A stretch of 64,000 nt of DNA from a bacterium (GCA_965261595.1 CBDHDG010000007.1:1120001-1184000); one strand, 5' to 3'; shown: positions 50,537-59,976, counted from the stretch's first letter. The notes: a model not told the origin generated them from the sequence alone. Numbers and translations: made by a program.

Positions 50537-50779
50537 GTCACCCCAAAAGTCACCAAAGTCACCACCCGAGTCACCTCCAAAATCAGTGTCCGTCAGTGGG
50601 TAGCATTCGGGTAAAAAGTCACCAATAAGTCACCATATAGACAGAATACCACGGCAAACCGACGCAAGCAACTGCAAAGCAGATGTCGAATTTATAGCAC
50701 TATAATCAATTAGTTATGGAAAGTATCGGCAAAGGGTGGCAAAGGCGGGAAAGGCGCTCATGACTGATTCAGAATCAGT
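50537..50779. other. att-like region: six GTCACC repeats, IHF box, palindromic core candidate
   Basis: GTCACC at 50537, 50549, 50558, 50570, 50618, 50629; AATCAATTAGTTA at 50704-50716; ACTGATTC-A-GAATCAGT at 50763-50779. Confidence 0.7.
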
Positions 50780-50922
50780 GCAAAACCTTGTTCGTGCGCT
50801 CAAAGCGGGGTTGGTTACGAAAATATCCTGTCAAAAGGTTGAATGGGGGGGGGCATGTGGGAAATCCCGGCTGAAGGAGAAGGCGGGGCGAACCCGGGAA
50901 CCATTAACATCGAGAGGGGAAA

Positions 50923-51672
50923 ATGCGCCTGAAAAACAAAGTAGCCATTGTAACAGGAGGCGCCCAGGGCATCGGGCGAACGTACGTACACACACTTGCC
51001 GAGCAGGGCGCCAAGGTGGTTATCGCCGACATCGCCGACACCCAAGAGGCGGTCGATGAGGTCAGGCAGGCGGGAGGAGAAGCGACAGGCGTGACTACAG
51101 ACATCAGCGATGAGGCCGGCACGCGGGCCATGGCGCAAAAAACGGTGGAAGCCTACGGCCGGATTGACATCCTGGTCAACAACGCCGGAATCGCCGGCCG
51201 ATTCGCCCGCTTCTCCATTGAGGATACGACGGTCGAGTTCTGGGACCAAATCATGGCGGCGAACGCGAAGGGCATGTTCTTGTGTTCGAAGGCGGTTCTG
51301 CCGACGATGAAGGCCCAACAGACCGGGAAGATCATCAACATCTCCTCCCACTCCTTTTATCTGGGCATCGCCGGGATGATTGCCTACACCACATCAAAGG
51401 GGTGCGTTCTGGCCTTCACCCGAGCCCTGGCCCGCGAGGTTGGAGATTACGGGATCGCCGTCAACGCCCTCGCGCCGGCTGTCATCCCCATGGAGAACGA
51501 TCCCTTCGAATCGGCGCCCGAGAAGGTCGAGAGGGTCAACCGGGGCCGATGCTTCAAGCGCTCCCTCGAACCCGCCGACCTTGCGGGGACCCTCCTTTAT
51601 CTGGCGGGCGAAGACAGCGCCTTCGTTACCGGACAGAGCCTTCTGGTCAACGGCGGGGCCTATTTTCAGTAG
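50923..51672 (+). CDS. SDR family oxidoreductase
   Basis: TGGAQGIG, NNAG, YTTSK. Confidence 0.95.
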   Translation: MRLKNKVAIVTGGAQGIGRTYVHTLAEQGAKVVIADIADTQEAVDEVRQAGGEATGVTTDISDEAGTRAMAQKTVEAYGRIDILVNNAGIAGRFARFSIEDTTVEFWDQIMAANAKGMFLCSKAVLPTMKAQQTGKIINISSHSFYLGIAGMIAYTTSKGCVLAFTRALAREVGDYGIAVNALAPAVIPMENDPFESAPEKVERVNRGRCFKRSLEPADLAGTLLYLAGEDSAFVTGQSLLVNGGAYFQ

Positions 51673-51870
51673 GTTGTCTCCGAAAAACGCAGGAGGCGCT
51701 CTTTCGACATCATTCGTGTAACAATCAGGAAAGCGAGGGCAAGTCCACCACCGAAAATCCTAACTCTCAAACTGGACCGGCTTCGGGGGGAAAGGTCAGG
51801 GGGGCGGGTACTCCAAGCCCAACGAAATCGAGTCCCTCTTCAGCTCACATGCGAATAAAAATCATCGGAT

Positions 51871-52704
51871 TCATGGAACACCGAGATCAACTTTACACTT
51901 GAGCCCCGCCGGCAGTCGGTAACCGGGATTCGGCAATTCGAGACGCACGCCGAACGTTCCGCTCGCCGCATCGGCGACATGGTCCACCACCTTGACCCGG
52001 GCCTCGTACGTTCCAGTGAACGGACCTTCCGGTTTGACCCGGGCTTTCATGCCGATTTTTATGCGTCCCAGCATGGAGATGGGCGTAAACACCTCCACCC
52101 GGAGGGGATCGATTTGCGCCAACTTCATCAGTGGCTTTTCCCGGGCGTATTCACCTGGCGACAAATAACGATCGACCACGACACCCGTTATTGGGCTCCG
52201 AATGATCCGCATCGCCAGAGCGGCCCGGGCGTGCACCAACTCAAGCTCCGCCAACCGTTTGTTTTCCATGGCCTCGAACAAGCCCAATTCGGCCAGCCGT
52301 TTCGTGTCCTTCACTTCATCCATCTCTCGGGGCGTGATGACGTCCCGGCGAAAGAGCTTCTGACTCCTCCTCAACCGCCGCGCGCTCATCTCCAACCGGG
52401 CCTGATTCATCCTGATGGCCCCCTCCATCCGGGTGCGCGCCTCCGTGATCGCCACCGACGCCCTCTCCACGCTGGACTCGAGTGTCGCCAGAATCTGTCC
52501 CTTCCGAACGCGGTCACCCCGACCGGCGCTCACGGTCTCCAACAGGCCCTCGACCGGGCTGTTGATGCTGACGACCATGTTCGGCTCTATGACGCAATCG
52601 AGATCCGCGCCGTGTGAGACAGGGAGGCCCAGGCCGACGCCACCGGCCGCAAGGGCAACCATAAGGATGATCCTGTGGCCGAATCTCATGGGGTTCCCGT
52701 CCAT
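51871..52704 (-). CDS. Membrane-fusion (periplasmic adaptor) protein
   Basis: Signal-like N-terminus, lipoyl halves SPVEG and IRSPITGVVV, helical hairpin, DAASGTFGVRLELPN. Confidence 0.88.
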   Translation of the reverse strand: MDGNPMRFGHRIILMVALAAGGVGLGLPVSHGADLDCVIEPNMVVSINSPVEGLLETVSAGRGDRVRKGQILATLESSVERASVAITEARTRMEGAIRMNQARLEMSARRLRRSQKLFRRDVITPREMDEVKDTKRLAELGLFEAMENKRLAELELVHARAALAMRIIRSPITGVVVDRYLSPGEYAREKPLMKLAQIDPLRVEVFTPISMLGRIKIGMKARVKPEGPFTGTYEARVKVVDHVADAASGTFGVRLELPNPGYRLPAGLKCKVDLGVP

Positions 52705-52764
52705 TACTCGGATTTCCCGGAGAAGGCGAGGAGGGTTTCCATGCGCTCGTCCATCTTAAAAAGA

Positions 52765-53664
52765 GGCGATTGTAAAAGATATGACACCGGATTAGGCTGG
52801 TGTCGTGGACCTGAAGAGCTTTGAAGTCCTTGTAAAATCGGAAGCTACAGCGAGACGCCATCTGCTCATGGCGTGTCAGAAAAACGGGCGTAAAATCTGC
52901 CCTCGTTGTGAGGGTCGAAAACGCTACGTTTTGGGCACGCGGGGGCGCTTTCGCTGCGCTGGGTGTCGGTACACCTTCGGGCCGTTCACGGGCCGCTGGC
53001 TGGGCCAACTTCGCCTCTCGGCCCGGCAGTGGCTTTGGGTGGTGAAGCTCTTTGAGCTGGAGGTCTCGGCCCGCAAGATGGCCCAGCAACTCGCCGTGAG
53101 CTATCCGACAGCGCTGCGGGCCGTGACGACGCTCAGGCGCAGTCTTGTGGCCGGCACGCCGGGGGGACAGGAGCTTCTTCGAGGGGAGGTGGAGGCGGAC
53201 GAGGCCTACTTCGGGGGCAAGCGCAAGGGCAAGAGAGGCCGAGGCGCAGCGGGTAAAGTCCCTGTTTTCGGCATATTGGAGCGGGGCGGCCGGGTGAAGG
53301 TGGAGGCGGTCGGCAACGTCAAGGCCCAGACCCTTTTGGCCTCCACCGTGAAGTTGGTCCGTCGGGGCAGCGTGGTCTATACCGACCGCTACCGGGTCTA
53401 TGACGCCCTGATGTTCTGCGGCTATCGCCACTTGCGGGTGGATCATGATCGGCGCTTCAGTCGGGGCAAAGTGCACATCAACGGCCTGGAAGGCTTTTGG
53501 GCCTACGCCAAGGAGAGGCTCATCAAACATCATGGGGTGTCCAAAGAGCGGTTCCCCCTCTACCTGAAGGAGATGGAATTCCGTTACAATCACCGACACC
53601 AGGATCTCTTTCCCCTGGTGGTACAACATCTCACTCAATTGGTGTCAAAACCTTTATAATCCCC
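52765..53664 (+). mobile_element. IS1595-family insertion sequence, copy 2 (900 bp)
   Basis: Same IRs and sequence as 4249..5148; four substitutions noticed. Confidence 0.92.
52805..53659 (+). CDS. IS1595-family transposase
   Basis: Protein identical to 4289..5143. Confidence 0.95.
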   Translation: MDLKSFEVLVKSEATARRHLLMACQKNGRKICPRCEGRKRYVLGTRGRFRCAGCRYTFGPFTGRWLGQLRLSARQWLWVVKLFELEVSARKMAQQLAVSYPTALRAVTTLRRSLVAGTPGGQELLRGEVEADEAYFGGKRKGKRGRGAAGKVPVFGILERGGRVKVEAVGNVKAQTLLASTVKLVRRGSVVYTDRYRVYDALMFCGYRHLRVDHDRRFSRGKVHINGLEGFWAYAKERLIKHHGVSKERFPLYLKEMEFRYNHRHQDLFPLVVQHLTQLVSKPL

Positions 53665-53702
53665 ATTATTTAAAGAACTTTATTTCAATGTGTTATGAAT
53701 GG

Positions 53703-53780
53703 CTCGCAAAGAGATTTTTCAACTTCGGATGGGCCGGTGAACGGGTTTTCTTTCTATTTATTGCCCGACGCGAGGGAGTC
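53703..53780 (+). repeat. Repeat C copy 1 (inverted copy at 59899..59976)
   Basis: ctc.caaagaga.ttttcaacttcggatgggccggtgaacgggttttctttc...ttgcccga.gc.agggagtc shared. Confidence 0.88.
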
Positions 53781-53848
53781 CCTCCCCCGCTCTAGGGTTT
53801 TGTTGGACACTCGATTGATCCATGATTCATGGAGAAAGGGGTGTCGCG

Positions 53849-54236
53849 ATGAACGAACAAAAGCAAGAGGGGGCTTTGGCGGAGGGCGCCCGTAGGGCGA
53901 ACGGAGCCAAGGCCCCAGGGCATCGCAGTGAGCGGGGTCGGTTCTCCTGCCAGGCGCAAGCGGGAGGCGGTCCTGCGTCTTTTGCGGGGCGAGAGCCTGG
54001 AGACGCTCTGCCGCGAGTTGGGCACGACAGCGGCTCGGCTTTCCGCCTGGCGCGAGGCGTTCCTTCGCGGGGGCGAGGCGGCGCTCAAAGCCCGCCCGGC
54101 GGATGAGCGGGACGAGGAGAACGCCCGGCTCAAGGCCAAGGTGGGCGAACTCACGATGGAGGGCGAGGTCCTGCGGGAGAAGATCGACCGCCTGGAGGCC
54201 GGCCGCCCTTTAGCCGGCAGGAGGTGGAGGCGATGA
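53849..54236 (+). pseudogene. IS3 orfA, frameshifted
   Basis: Removing one base near 53948 gives GRFSARRKREAVLRLLRGE (HTH) followed by a leucine zipper. Confidence 0.75.
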
Positions 54237-55141
54237 GTCAGGCCCGCTTCACCTCCACGGGCAGAGCCTACGGCCTGAAGCGGGTGTGCGCCCTTTGGGG
54301 CTTGGCGCGCTCCACGGTCTACGCGCAACGGCGGCGAGAGGCGGTCCCCGTTCATGAACGCCCCACGCCCAATAAGCGCGGCCCTGTGGGCCCGTGCACC
54401 GATGCGGAACTCCTCGGCCACATCCGGCAGGTCCTGGAGGACTCTCCCTTCCATGGCGAGGGCTACCGCAAGGTGTGGGCGAGGCTGCGCTTCGCGGGCA
54501 TCCGCACCAGCAAGGAGCGGGTGCGTCGCCTGATGCGGGAGGCGGGGCTTCAGGCCCCCCACCGGGTGGGCAAACCCCGAGGTCCCAAGGCCCACAACGG
54601 GACCATCCGCACCGAGCGGCCCGACCGAATGTGGGGCACGCACATGACGACGACGGTGACCACCGAGGAGGGGATGGCCTCGGTGTTCGTGGCGGTGGAT
54701 CACTGCTCGGTGGACTGCGTGGGGATCCATGCGGCCAAGAGCGGCAACCGCTTCGAGGCCCTGGAGCCGATCCGGCAGGGGGTCGCCGAGCGCTTCGCCG
54801 GCTTGGAGGCGGACGTCGCCGAGGGGCTTAAAGTTCGTCACGACCACGGCCCCGCCTATCTGTCCGATGACTTTCAGCGGGAGATCGCCTACCTGGGCAT
54901 GACCAGTTCGCCCAGCTTCGTGCGGGCGCCCGAGGGAAATGGCTACTGTGAGTGGTTCATCCGCATCTTGAAGGAGAATCTCCTGTGGGTGCGCTCTTTC
55001 GCCACCGTAGAGGAACTGCGGTGGGCGCTGCTTGAGTTCAAGAACCTGTATAACCATCATTGGATTCTCGAGGGCTACGGCTACCGAACGCCGGCCCAGG
55101 CAAGGCAGGAAAAACTCGCTCAAGTTGCGGAGGCCGCATGA
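54233..55141 (+). CDS. IS3 orfB integrase-core transposase, first catalytic Asp replaced
   Basis: GYRKVWARL, WGTHMT (WxTD expected), RHDHG, PEGNGYCE, YN, TPAQ. Confidence 0.85.
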   Translation: MSQARFTSTGRAYGLKRVCALWGLARSTVYAQRRREAVPVHERPTPNKRGPVGPCTDAELLGHIRQVLEDSPFHGEGYRKVWARLRFAGIRTSKERVRRLMREAGLQAPHRVGKPRGPKAHNGTIRTERPDRMWGTHMTTTVTTEEGMASVFVAVDHCSVDCVGIHAAKSGNRFEALEPIRQGVAERFAGLEADVAEGLKVRHDHGPAYLSDDFQREIAYLGMTSSPSFVRAPEGNGYCEWFIRILKENLLWVRSFATVEELRWALLEFKNLYNHHWILEGYGYRTPAQARQEKLAQVAEAA

Positions 55142-55265
55142 GGTCGAATACCCTCACCCGAGTGTCCAATAACCCAGGGGCGGTCCAGATCAGCAATGAT
55201 CAATTCGATGTCCCACTGGAGTTTAATCAAGCGAGGGTGCGGAGCCGCACATGAAAGTCCAGGCG

Positions 55266-55289
55266 GGGCGGGCAGGATGCCCGCCCTAC
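55266..55289 (-). repeat. GTAG-type REP hairpin
   Basis: Minus strand reads GTAG-GGCGGGCA-TCC-TGCCCGCC, downstream of the DsbA-like gene. Confidence 0.65.
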
Positions 55290-55329
55290 CCGGTGGACGG
55301 GCGAGGCAAGCCGACGGGCAGGCGGGACG

Positions 55330-56001
55330 CTACTCCATGTAGGGCTTGTATTTCTTGGCGGACCGCTCGGCCAGCTTGGCCGATTCAGGCTGCTTGATCT
55401 CCAGGATAAAGGGCTGTTTCTCGGACACCGAGCGCAGCTCGCGCAGCAGATCCTGATCCGCCTCCGGGCTTTTCTCCCAGTCCCCTTCTTCGAGCTTGAC
55501 GAAGACCGGAGCGCCCCCGTTGAAGAACAGCGTGGGCACGCCGAAGATCCCGTGCTTCGCTACGGCCTCCTCATGCCGGACGGCCACTTCCTCGACGCCC
55601 GCGCGGGTCCGGATGTCTTCGGAGAACCGCTCCAAGTCGAGGCCGGCCTCCCGCGCCACGTCCAGGAGGATGAGCTGGTTGGTGATGTCCAGCTCCTTTT
55701 GGTGCCGCGCGCGGAACAGGAGTTGGTTGTATTTCAGGAAGGCCTCCTCGCCCTGATTCGCGGCGCACTGGGCCGCCAGCAGGGGCGGCACGTCCCGGCT
55801 GGGAAAGAGCTTGTCTTCCCAGATCTTCCAGCCCGGCTCATGGCGCGAGGCGAAGTTCGCCTGCTCCAGCACAAAGGGTTTGTAGGCCACTTCCAAATCG
55901 CCGTTTCCGGATTTCTTCAATCTTTCCAGCCATTCCATGGCCCGGTAGGCGTACGGTCAGACGTAGCAAACGTAGCAGGTGACGTCGAGTGTTTCGGCCA
56001 T
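55330..56001 (-). CDS. DsbA/FrnE-like thioredoxin-fold protein, probable selenoprotein (UGA at codon 15)
   Basis: RBS GGAG, MAETLDVTCYVCYV-TGA-PYAYRAMEWL in frame with ORF 55330..55938; GIFGVPTL cis-Pro loop; hairpin after the UGA. Confidence 0.82.
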
Positions 56002-56092
56002 CTGGGAAATCTCCCTGTTTCATGGGTTGCGTGACGGGGCATTGCTTTTATTTTACACCCGGACGCCGATCCGTTCCAGAAGGGCGGCCGCC

Positions 56093-56902
56093 TCAGGTCC
56101 GGGCCAACATCTCACTCGCCCGTTTCGCCAGGGCGACCATCTCGCGCCGGGCGTCTTCGGTCGTCTCGATGGGTTGCGGGAACGCCAGCCGGATCGGCCG
56201 CGGCCCTTTCGCCGTTTCGGCCGACATCTCGAACCCGTATCGGTCGACGGAAGACATCGTAGCGGCCGTCGTCTCCTTCGCCTTGGAGAACGCCCGGCAG
56301 TACTCCGCCATCGTGGACGCGTGGTCCGCGTTCATGTGATCGATGATCGCCAGGGCGTGGGGTGCGATTGGATCGGGCAGGCCGGCGAACCAGTCTTCCT
56401 TCGAAACCCAGGACATGCGGCCATATCCGCCGATGTAGCGGAGCGACTCGACCCGAAGCTTCCAGAAAGAGAAGTCCTTGTAGTCGGCGTAATACGCCGC
56501 GTTGGGAAGGGACTCCAAGTAAGCGCTCCGGGCCGCGTCCCGCTCCACGCCCTCCCCCAGAATCTCGCATCGGCCGACCAGGGTGACCCGGCCGTTGGCC
56601 AGTGGGTCGTCCTGACCGCTCTCGGCCGCGAGCAAAGAGGCCCGGGCGTCGGCCCGGAGGTTCTTGGTGTGCTCGGCCAGCTCGCTGATGAGGAAGACCG
56701 GGGCGCCTTCATCCAGCGCGAAGGTCACGAATGAGCCGTAGGGGAACCCTTCGGGGTCCTTGGCGATGGTGCAGAGCGCGCCCGTCGTGACGGCGGCGGC
56801 CAGCGTTCGCGCGCGCTCGCCGTGCGTGGGCGTCGGGACATCCGGGTCGTACAACAACTCTTCCGCTTCACCGCTCGGCCGTGCGTGGGCGTCGTTGGGC
56901 AT
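56093..56902 (-). CDS. HugZ-like split-barrel protein with DUF2470-type C-domain
   Basis: GFPYGS, ISELAEHTKNL, YIGGYGRMSW, IIDHMNADH, VDRYGF. Confidence 0.88.
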   Translation of the reverse strand: MPNDAHARPSGEAEELLYDPDVPTPTHGERARTLAAAVTTGALCTIAKDPEGFPYGSFVTFALDEGAPVFLISELAEHTKNLRADARASLLAAESGQDDPLANGRVTLVGRCEILGEGVERDAARSAYLESLPNAAYYADYKDFSFWKLRVESLRYIGGYGRMSWVSKEDWFAGLPDPIAPHALAIIDHMNADHASTMAEYCRAFSKAKETTAATMSSVDRYGFEMSAETAKGPRPIRLAFPQPIETTEDARREMVALAKRASEMLART

Positions 56903-57131
56903 GATTCATCCTCCGGAAGTTTGTCATCAGCCCTCCCAGACAAAAAATATAGGCCGCCGAGGGTCCGCTGTCCACGGCCGAGGCCGGGCCCCAGAAATTT
57001 CTCCTGTCGGGCTGAATGCAATTCCCCCCCTCCCCTCCCACGGACCGCCTGAAACCGGCGGCGTTGTGATACAATTTCTGTCATCAAACTTCGATTGAAA
57101 CTACAATGGCGACCGTTGGGAGGATCCCCCC

Positions 57132-57470
57132 TTGAACGTCCAGGAATTGGTTAAACGGTTTCCGGAGATTCCGGAGGACCTGCACGAAGAGCCCCTTCTC
57201 GCGCGGCTCGCGGAAACCTTCGGCGCCCCGCTCTCCATCGCCCAGCCGCCGGCCCCCTGCTCGACGGAGCGCGACGCCGCCAACCACTACTACATGAAGC
57301 TCCTGAACCCCATCGTCTTCTACCGCCTCGGGCTGGGCACGCGCGAGAAGGCCCTCCAACATCTTCAGACCCTGCTCGATAACCATGCGGCCGACGCCGA
57401 GGGGTTCGTCGCCTCTCTGCTCCCTGCCGACGTGGCCGCGCGCGAGGTCCGAGGGCCGGGGTGCGAGTAG
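57132..57470 (+). CDS. Hypothetical protein
   Basis: RBS GGAGG before TTG, GC3-rich codons, fills the gap between genes. Confidence 0.7.
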   Translation: MNVQELVKRFPEIPEDLHEEPLLARLAETFGAPLSIAQPPAPCSTERDAANHYYMKLLNPIVFYRLGLGTREKALQHLQTLLDNHAADAEGFVASLLPADVAAREVRGPGCE

Positions 57471-57593
57471 GGGCGCTTGCGCGCCGGCCAAGCTGCGGGT
57501 GAAGTGTTTATGCTGATTGCAACCTCTTCGGCGCACGACGCTCTGAAAGTCTAACGGGTTGATGCGCGAGTGCGGAAAGCCGACACCGCGTGT
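57471..57593 (+). repeat. Dispersed repeat A, copy 3
   Basis: gggcgcttgcgcgccggccaagctgcgggtgaagtgtttatgctgattgcaacc...agtgcggaaagccgacaccgcg. Confidence 0.88.
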
Positions 57594-57679
57594 GGGCCGC
57601 CGCCGGGCGGTTTGATAAGCTGTCCCGTCTCGGACAGGACGGGGTCGGGACCACACTGCGGGAGGAGGGGGGGACAGGC

Positions 57680-58459
57680 ATGACCGGGAACACGTCGGAG
57701 AAACCCTTTTCGGGGAAAGTCGCCCTTGTGACCGGGGGCGGACGCGGGATCGGACGGGAGTGCGCTCTGGCGTGCGCCGAGGCGGGGGCGTCGGTGGCGG
57801 TCGCCGCCACGACAGAATCCGAAATTGCTGCGGTGGCGGAGGAGATCCGGGCGCTGGGCGGCGAATCCCTGGCCATCCGGGCGGACGTCACAAGCGCCGA
57901 GGACACCGGGCGAATGGCCCGGGAGACTGCGGCGGCGCTGGGGGGGCTGGACATCGCCGTCAACGCCGCCGGCATCGGCGGTCCCCGCCGCCCCTTCCTG
58001 GAGAACGACCCCCAAACGATGCTGGACATCACGACGGTCAACGTGTACGGCGTCCTCCTGTCCTGCCAGGCCGAGCTCCGCGAGATGGTTCAGCGGGGCG
58101 GCGGGCACATCATCAACATCAGCTCCGGTCTCGCCCACAGGGGCGTGCCCCACGCCGTCTGTTACGGGTCGAGCAAATGGGCGGTGGAGGGGATCACCCA
58201 GGGAATTGTCGCCGAGTTCAAAGACCAGGGCGTCATCGCCCACACCCTCGGCCCCGGCCGGATGATCACGCGGAATTTCCCCCTCTCCGAGCTAACGCCG
58301 GACCGCTACCATGAGGCCCGGCCGGTCGAGGCCATCCGGGGCGCCCTGCTCTACCTCCTCACCAACCCGGCCGGACACCCCAACGGCAAGTACCTCAGCT
58401 CGGTGGATTTTGACCGGGAAAACGGAATCGAGTGGGAGAACCCCCTTATCGACGCCTGA
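57680..58459 (+). CDS. SDR family oxidoreductase
   Basis: TGGGRGIG, NAAG, NISS, YGSSK. Confidence 0.93.
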   Translation: MTGNTSEKPFSGKVALVTGGGRGIGRECALACAEAGASVAVAATTESEIAAVAEEIRALGGESLAIRADVTSAEDTGRMARETAAALGGLDIAVNAAGIGGPRRPFLENDPQTMLDITTVNVYGVLLSCQAELREMVQRGGGHIINISSGLAHRGVPHAVCYGSSKWAVEGITQGIVAEFKDQGVIAHTLGPGRMITRNFPLSELTPDRYHEARPVEAIRGALLYLLTNPAGHPNGKYLSSVDFDRENGIEWENPLIDA

Positions 58460-58500
58460 GCCCGGTCCCGAAAGCGTCCCGCTTCTGATGAGGCAGCGCA

Positions 58501-59508
58501 ATGTCCAACGGCCGCGCCATCGACATCCATTGCCATTTTGTAACGACGGAATGCCTTGAGCGCATGAGCGCGGTGGACCCCGCCTGGAAATTCCGGCGGG
58601 AGGAGTCCGCCCCGGAATCTTTCCTCGTCCACATCAACAAACGGAAGGTCGGCCCGATGCGGCTGGGGGGGTTCGACCTCGGCCGCCGGCTGAGGGAGAT
58701 GGACGAGGCGGGGGTGGATGTCCATGTCCTTTCCCCGGTCCCCTACCTGATGCTCTACGAAACCGAGCCGGAGACCGGTGAGAAGCTGGCGCGCCTCCAG
58801 AACGACTGCATCGCCGAAGCGGTTCGCGCCCATCCGGACCGCTTCGAGGCCCTGGCGGCCGTTCCCCATCAGGACCCGGCCCGGGCCATCGCCGAGCTCG
58901 AGCGCGCGACGGGCGATCTCGGGATGCGGGGGGCGGAGATCGGGACGAACGTCCGAGGCCGGAATCTCGACGACCCGGACATCTTCCCCTTCTTCGAGCG
59001 GGCGGCGGCGCTCGGGGCGTTTCTCCTCATCCACCCCTACCAAGTCGCGGCGGCGGACCGCCGGGGGGATTACGCGTTCATCAACTCCCTGGGGAACCCC
59101 ATCGACAACAGCATCGCCGGGGCCTCCCTGGCCTTCGGCGGCATCCTGGAGCGGCTGCCCGGCCTCAAGATCGGGATCGTCCACGGCGGCGGCCTCCTCC
59201 CCTACCAGCACGGCCGGCTGGCCCGGATGGTCGAAGTCCGCCCGGCAACCGGAGAGAACCTGACCCGGCCGGTCGGGGACTCTCTGAGGCGGCTCCATTT
59301 CGACACACTGGTCTTCGACGGCCCCGCCCTGGAATACCTGGTCAAGACCTGGGGGGCCGATCATGTCCTCATGGGGACGGATTACCCGTTCCTCATGTCC
59401 GACCCCCGCCCGGTCGAGACAGTCAACGCCCTGACAGGCATCCCGGAAGAGGACCTCGGCCTGATTCGGGGGGGCAACGCCGCTAGGCTTTTATGCCTGG
59501 GAGCATAA
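58501..59508 (+). CDS. Amidohydrolase_2 family protein (ACMSD-like)
   Basis: IDIHCH, LIHP, LGNP, VHGGG..PY, MGTDYPF. Confidence 0.92.
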   Translation: MSNGRAIDIHCHFVTTECLERMSAVDPAWKFRREESAPESFLVHINKRKVGPMRLGGFDLGRRLREMDEAGVDVHVLSPVPYLMLYETEPETGEKLARLQNDCIAEAVRAHPDRFEALAAVPHQDPARAIAELERATGDLGMRGAEIGTNVRGRNLDDPDIFPFFERAAALGAFLLIHPYQVAAADRRGDYAFINSLGNPIDNSIAGASLAFGGILERLPGLKIGIVHGGGLLPYQHGRLARMVEVRPATGENLTRPVGDSLRRLHFDTLVFDGPALEYLVKTWGADHVLMGTDYPFLMSDPRPVETVNALTGIPEEDLGLIRGGNAARLLCLGA

Positions 59509-59898
59509 AATCATTGACAACCGCATCCAGGAGGGGCTTTGCCCCGACGACGAATCTTGCCTCGTTTTCAAAGATCTTTCTGATCCACAGATTGCAAAGA
59601 TTACACGGATTTGAAAAATCCATAATCGACACCCCTGATTGTCATTCCGAGTGAGGGGCCATTTGGTCCCGATGAGGAATCCCGCCTCGCGCCCCAGATA
59701 TTTGGCCCGGCTCAATCCGCGGAATTTGTGGATCGCCTTTTATTTCGTCTATATTTCGTATTATATGGGAACTGGGGAAGCGAAAATTAAGTGGACTTAA
59801 GGGAGGAGAAAAAGGGGACAGATTTATTTTTCTTCATCGGTGGTCCCCGCACCGGCCCGTCACACGCCCGCGCAGAGAACGGGGTGTTTCAGCCGGGC

Positions 59899-59976
59899 GA
59901 CTCCCTTGCATCGGGCAATGGATTGAAAGAAAACCCGTTCACCGGCCCATCCGAAGTTGAAAATTCTCTTTGTGAG
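59899..59976 (-). repeat. Repeat C copy 2
   Basis: Inverted match to 53703..53780. Confidence 0.88.

Larger units (their letters stand above)
53787..55187 (+). mobile_element. IS3-family insertion sequence, defective
   Basis: Right IR AGTGTCCAATAACCCAGGGGCGGTCCA; left IR CCGCTCTAGGGTTTTGTTGGACACT lacks terminal TG; orfA and orfB present. Confidence 0.85.

Noticed and set aside
50763..50779. Palindrome resembling a tRNA anticodon arm (CTG or CAG)
   Set aside because: No acceptor stem, D-arm or GTTCGA T-arm on either strand; kept only as an att-core candidate
4249..53664. 49-kb composite transposon bounded by the two IS1595 copies
   Set aside because: Outer flanks are not duplicated and the interior is housekeeping DNA
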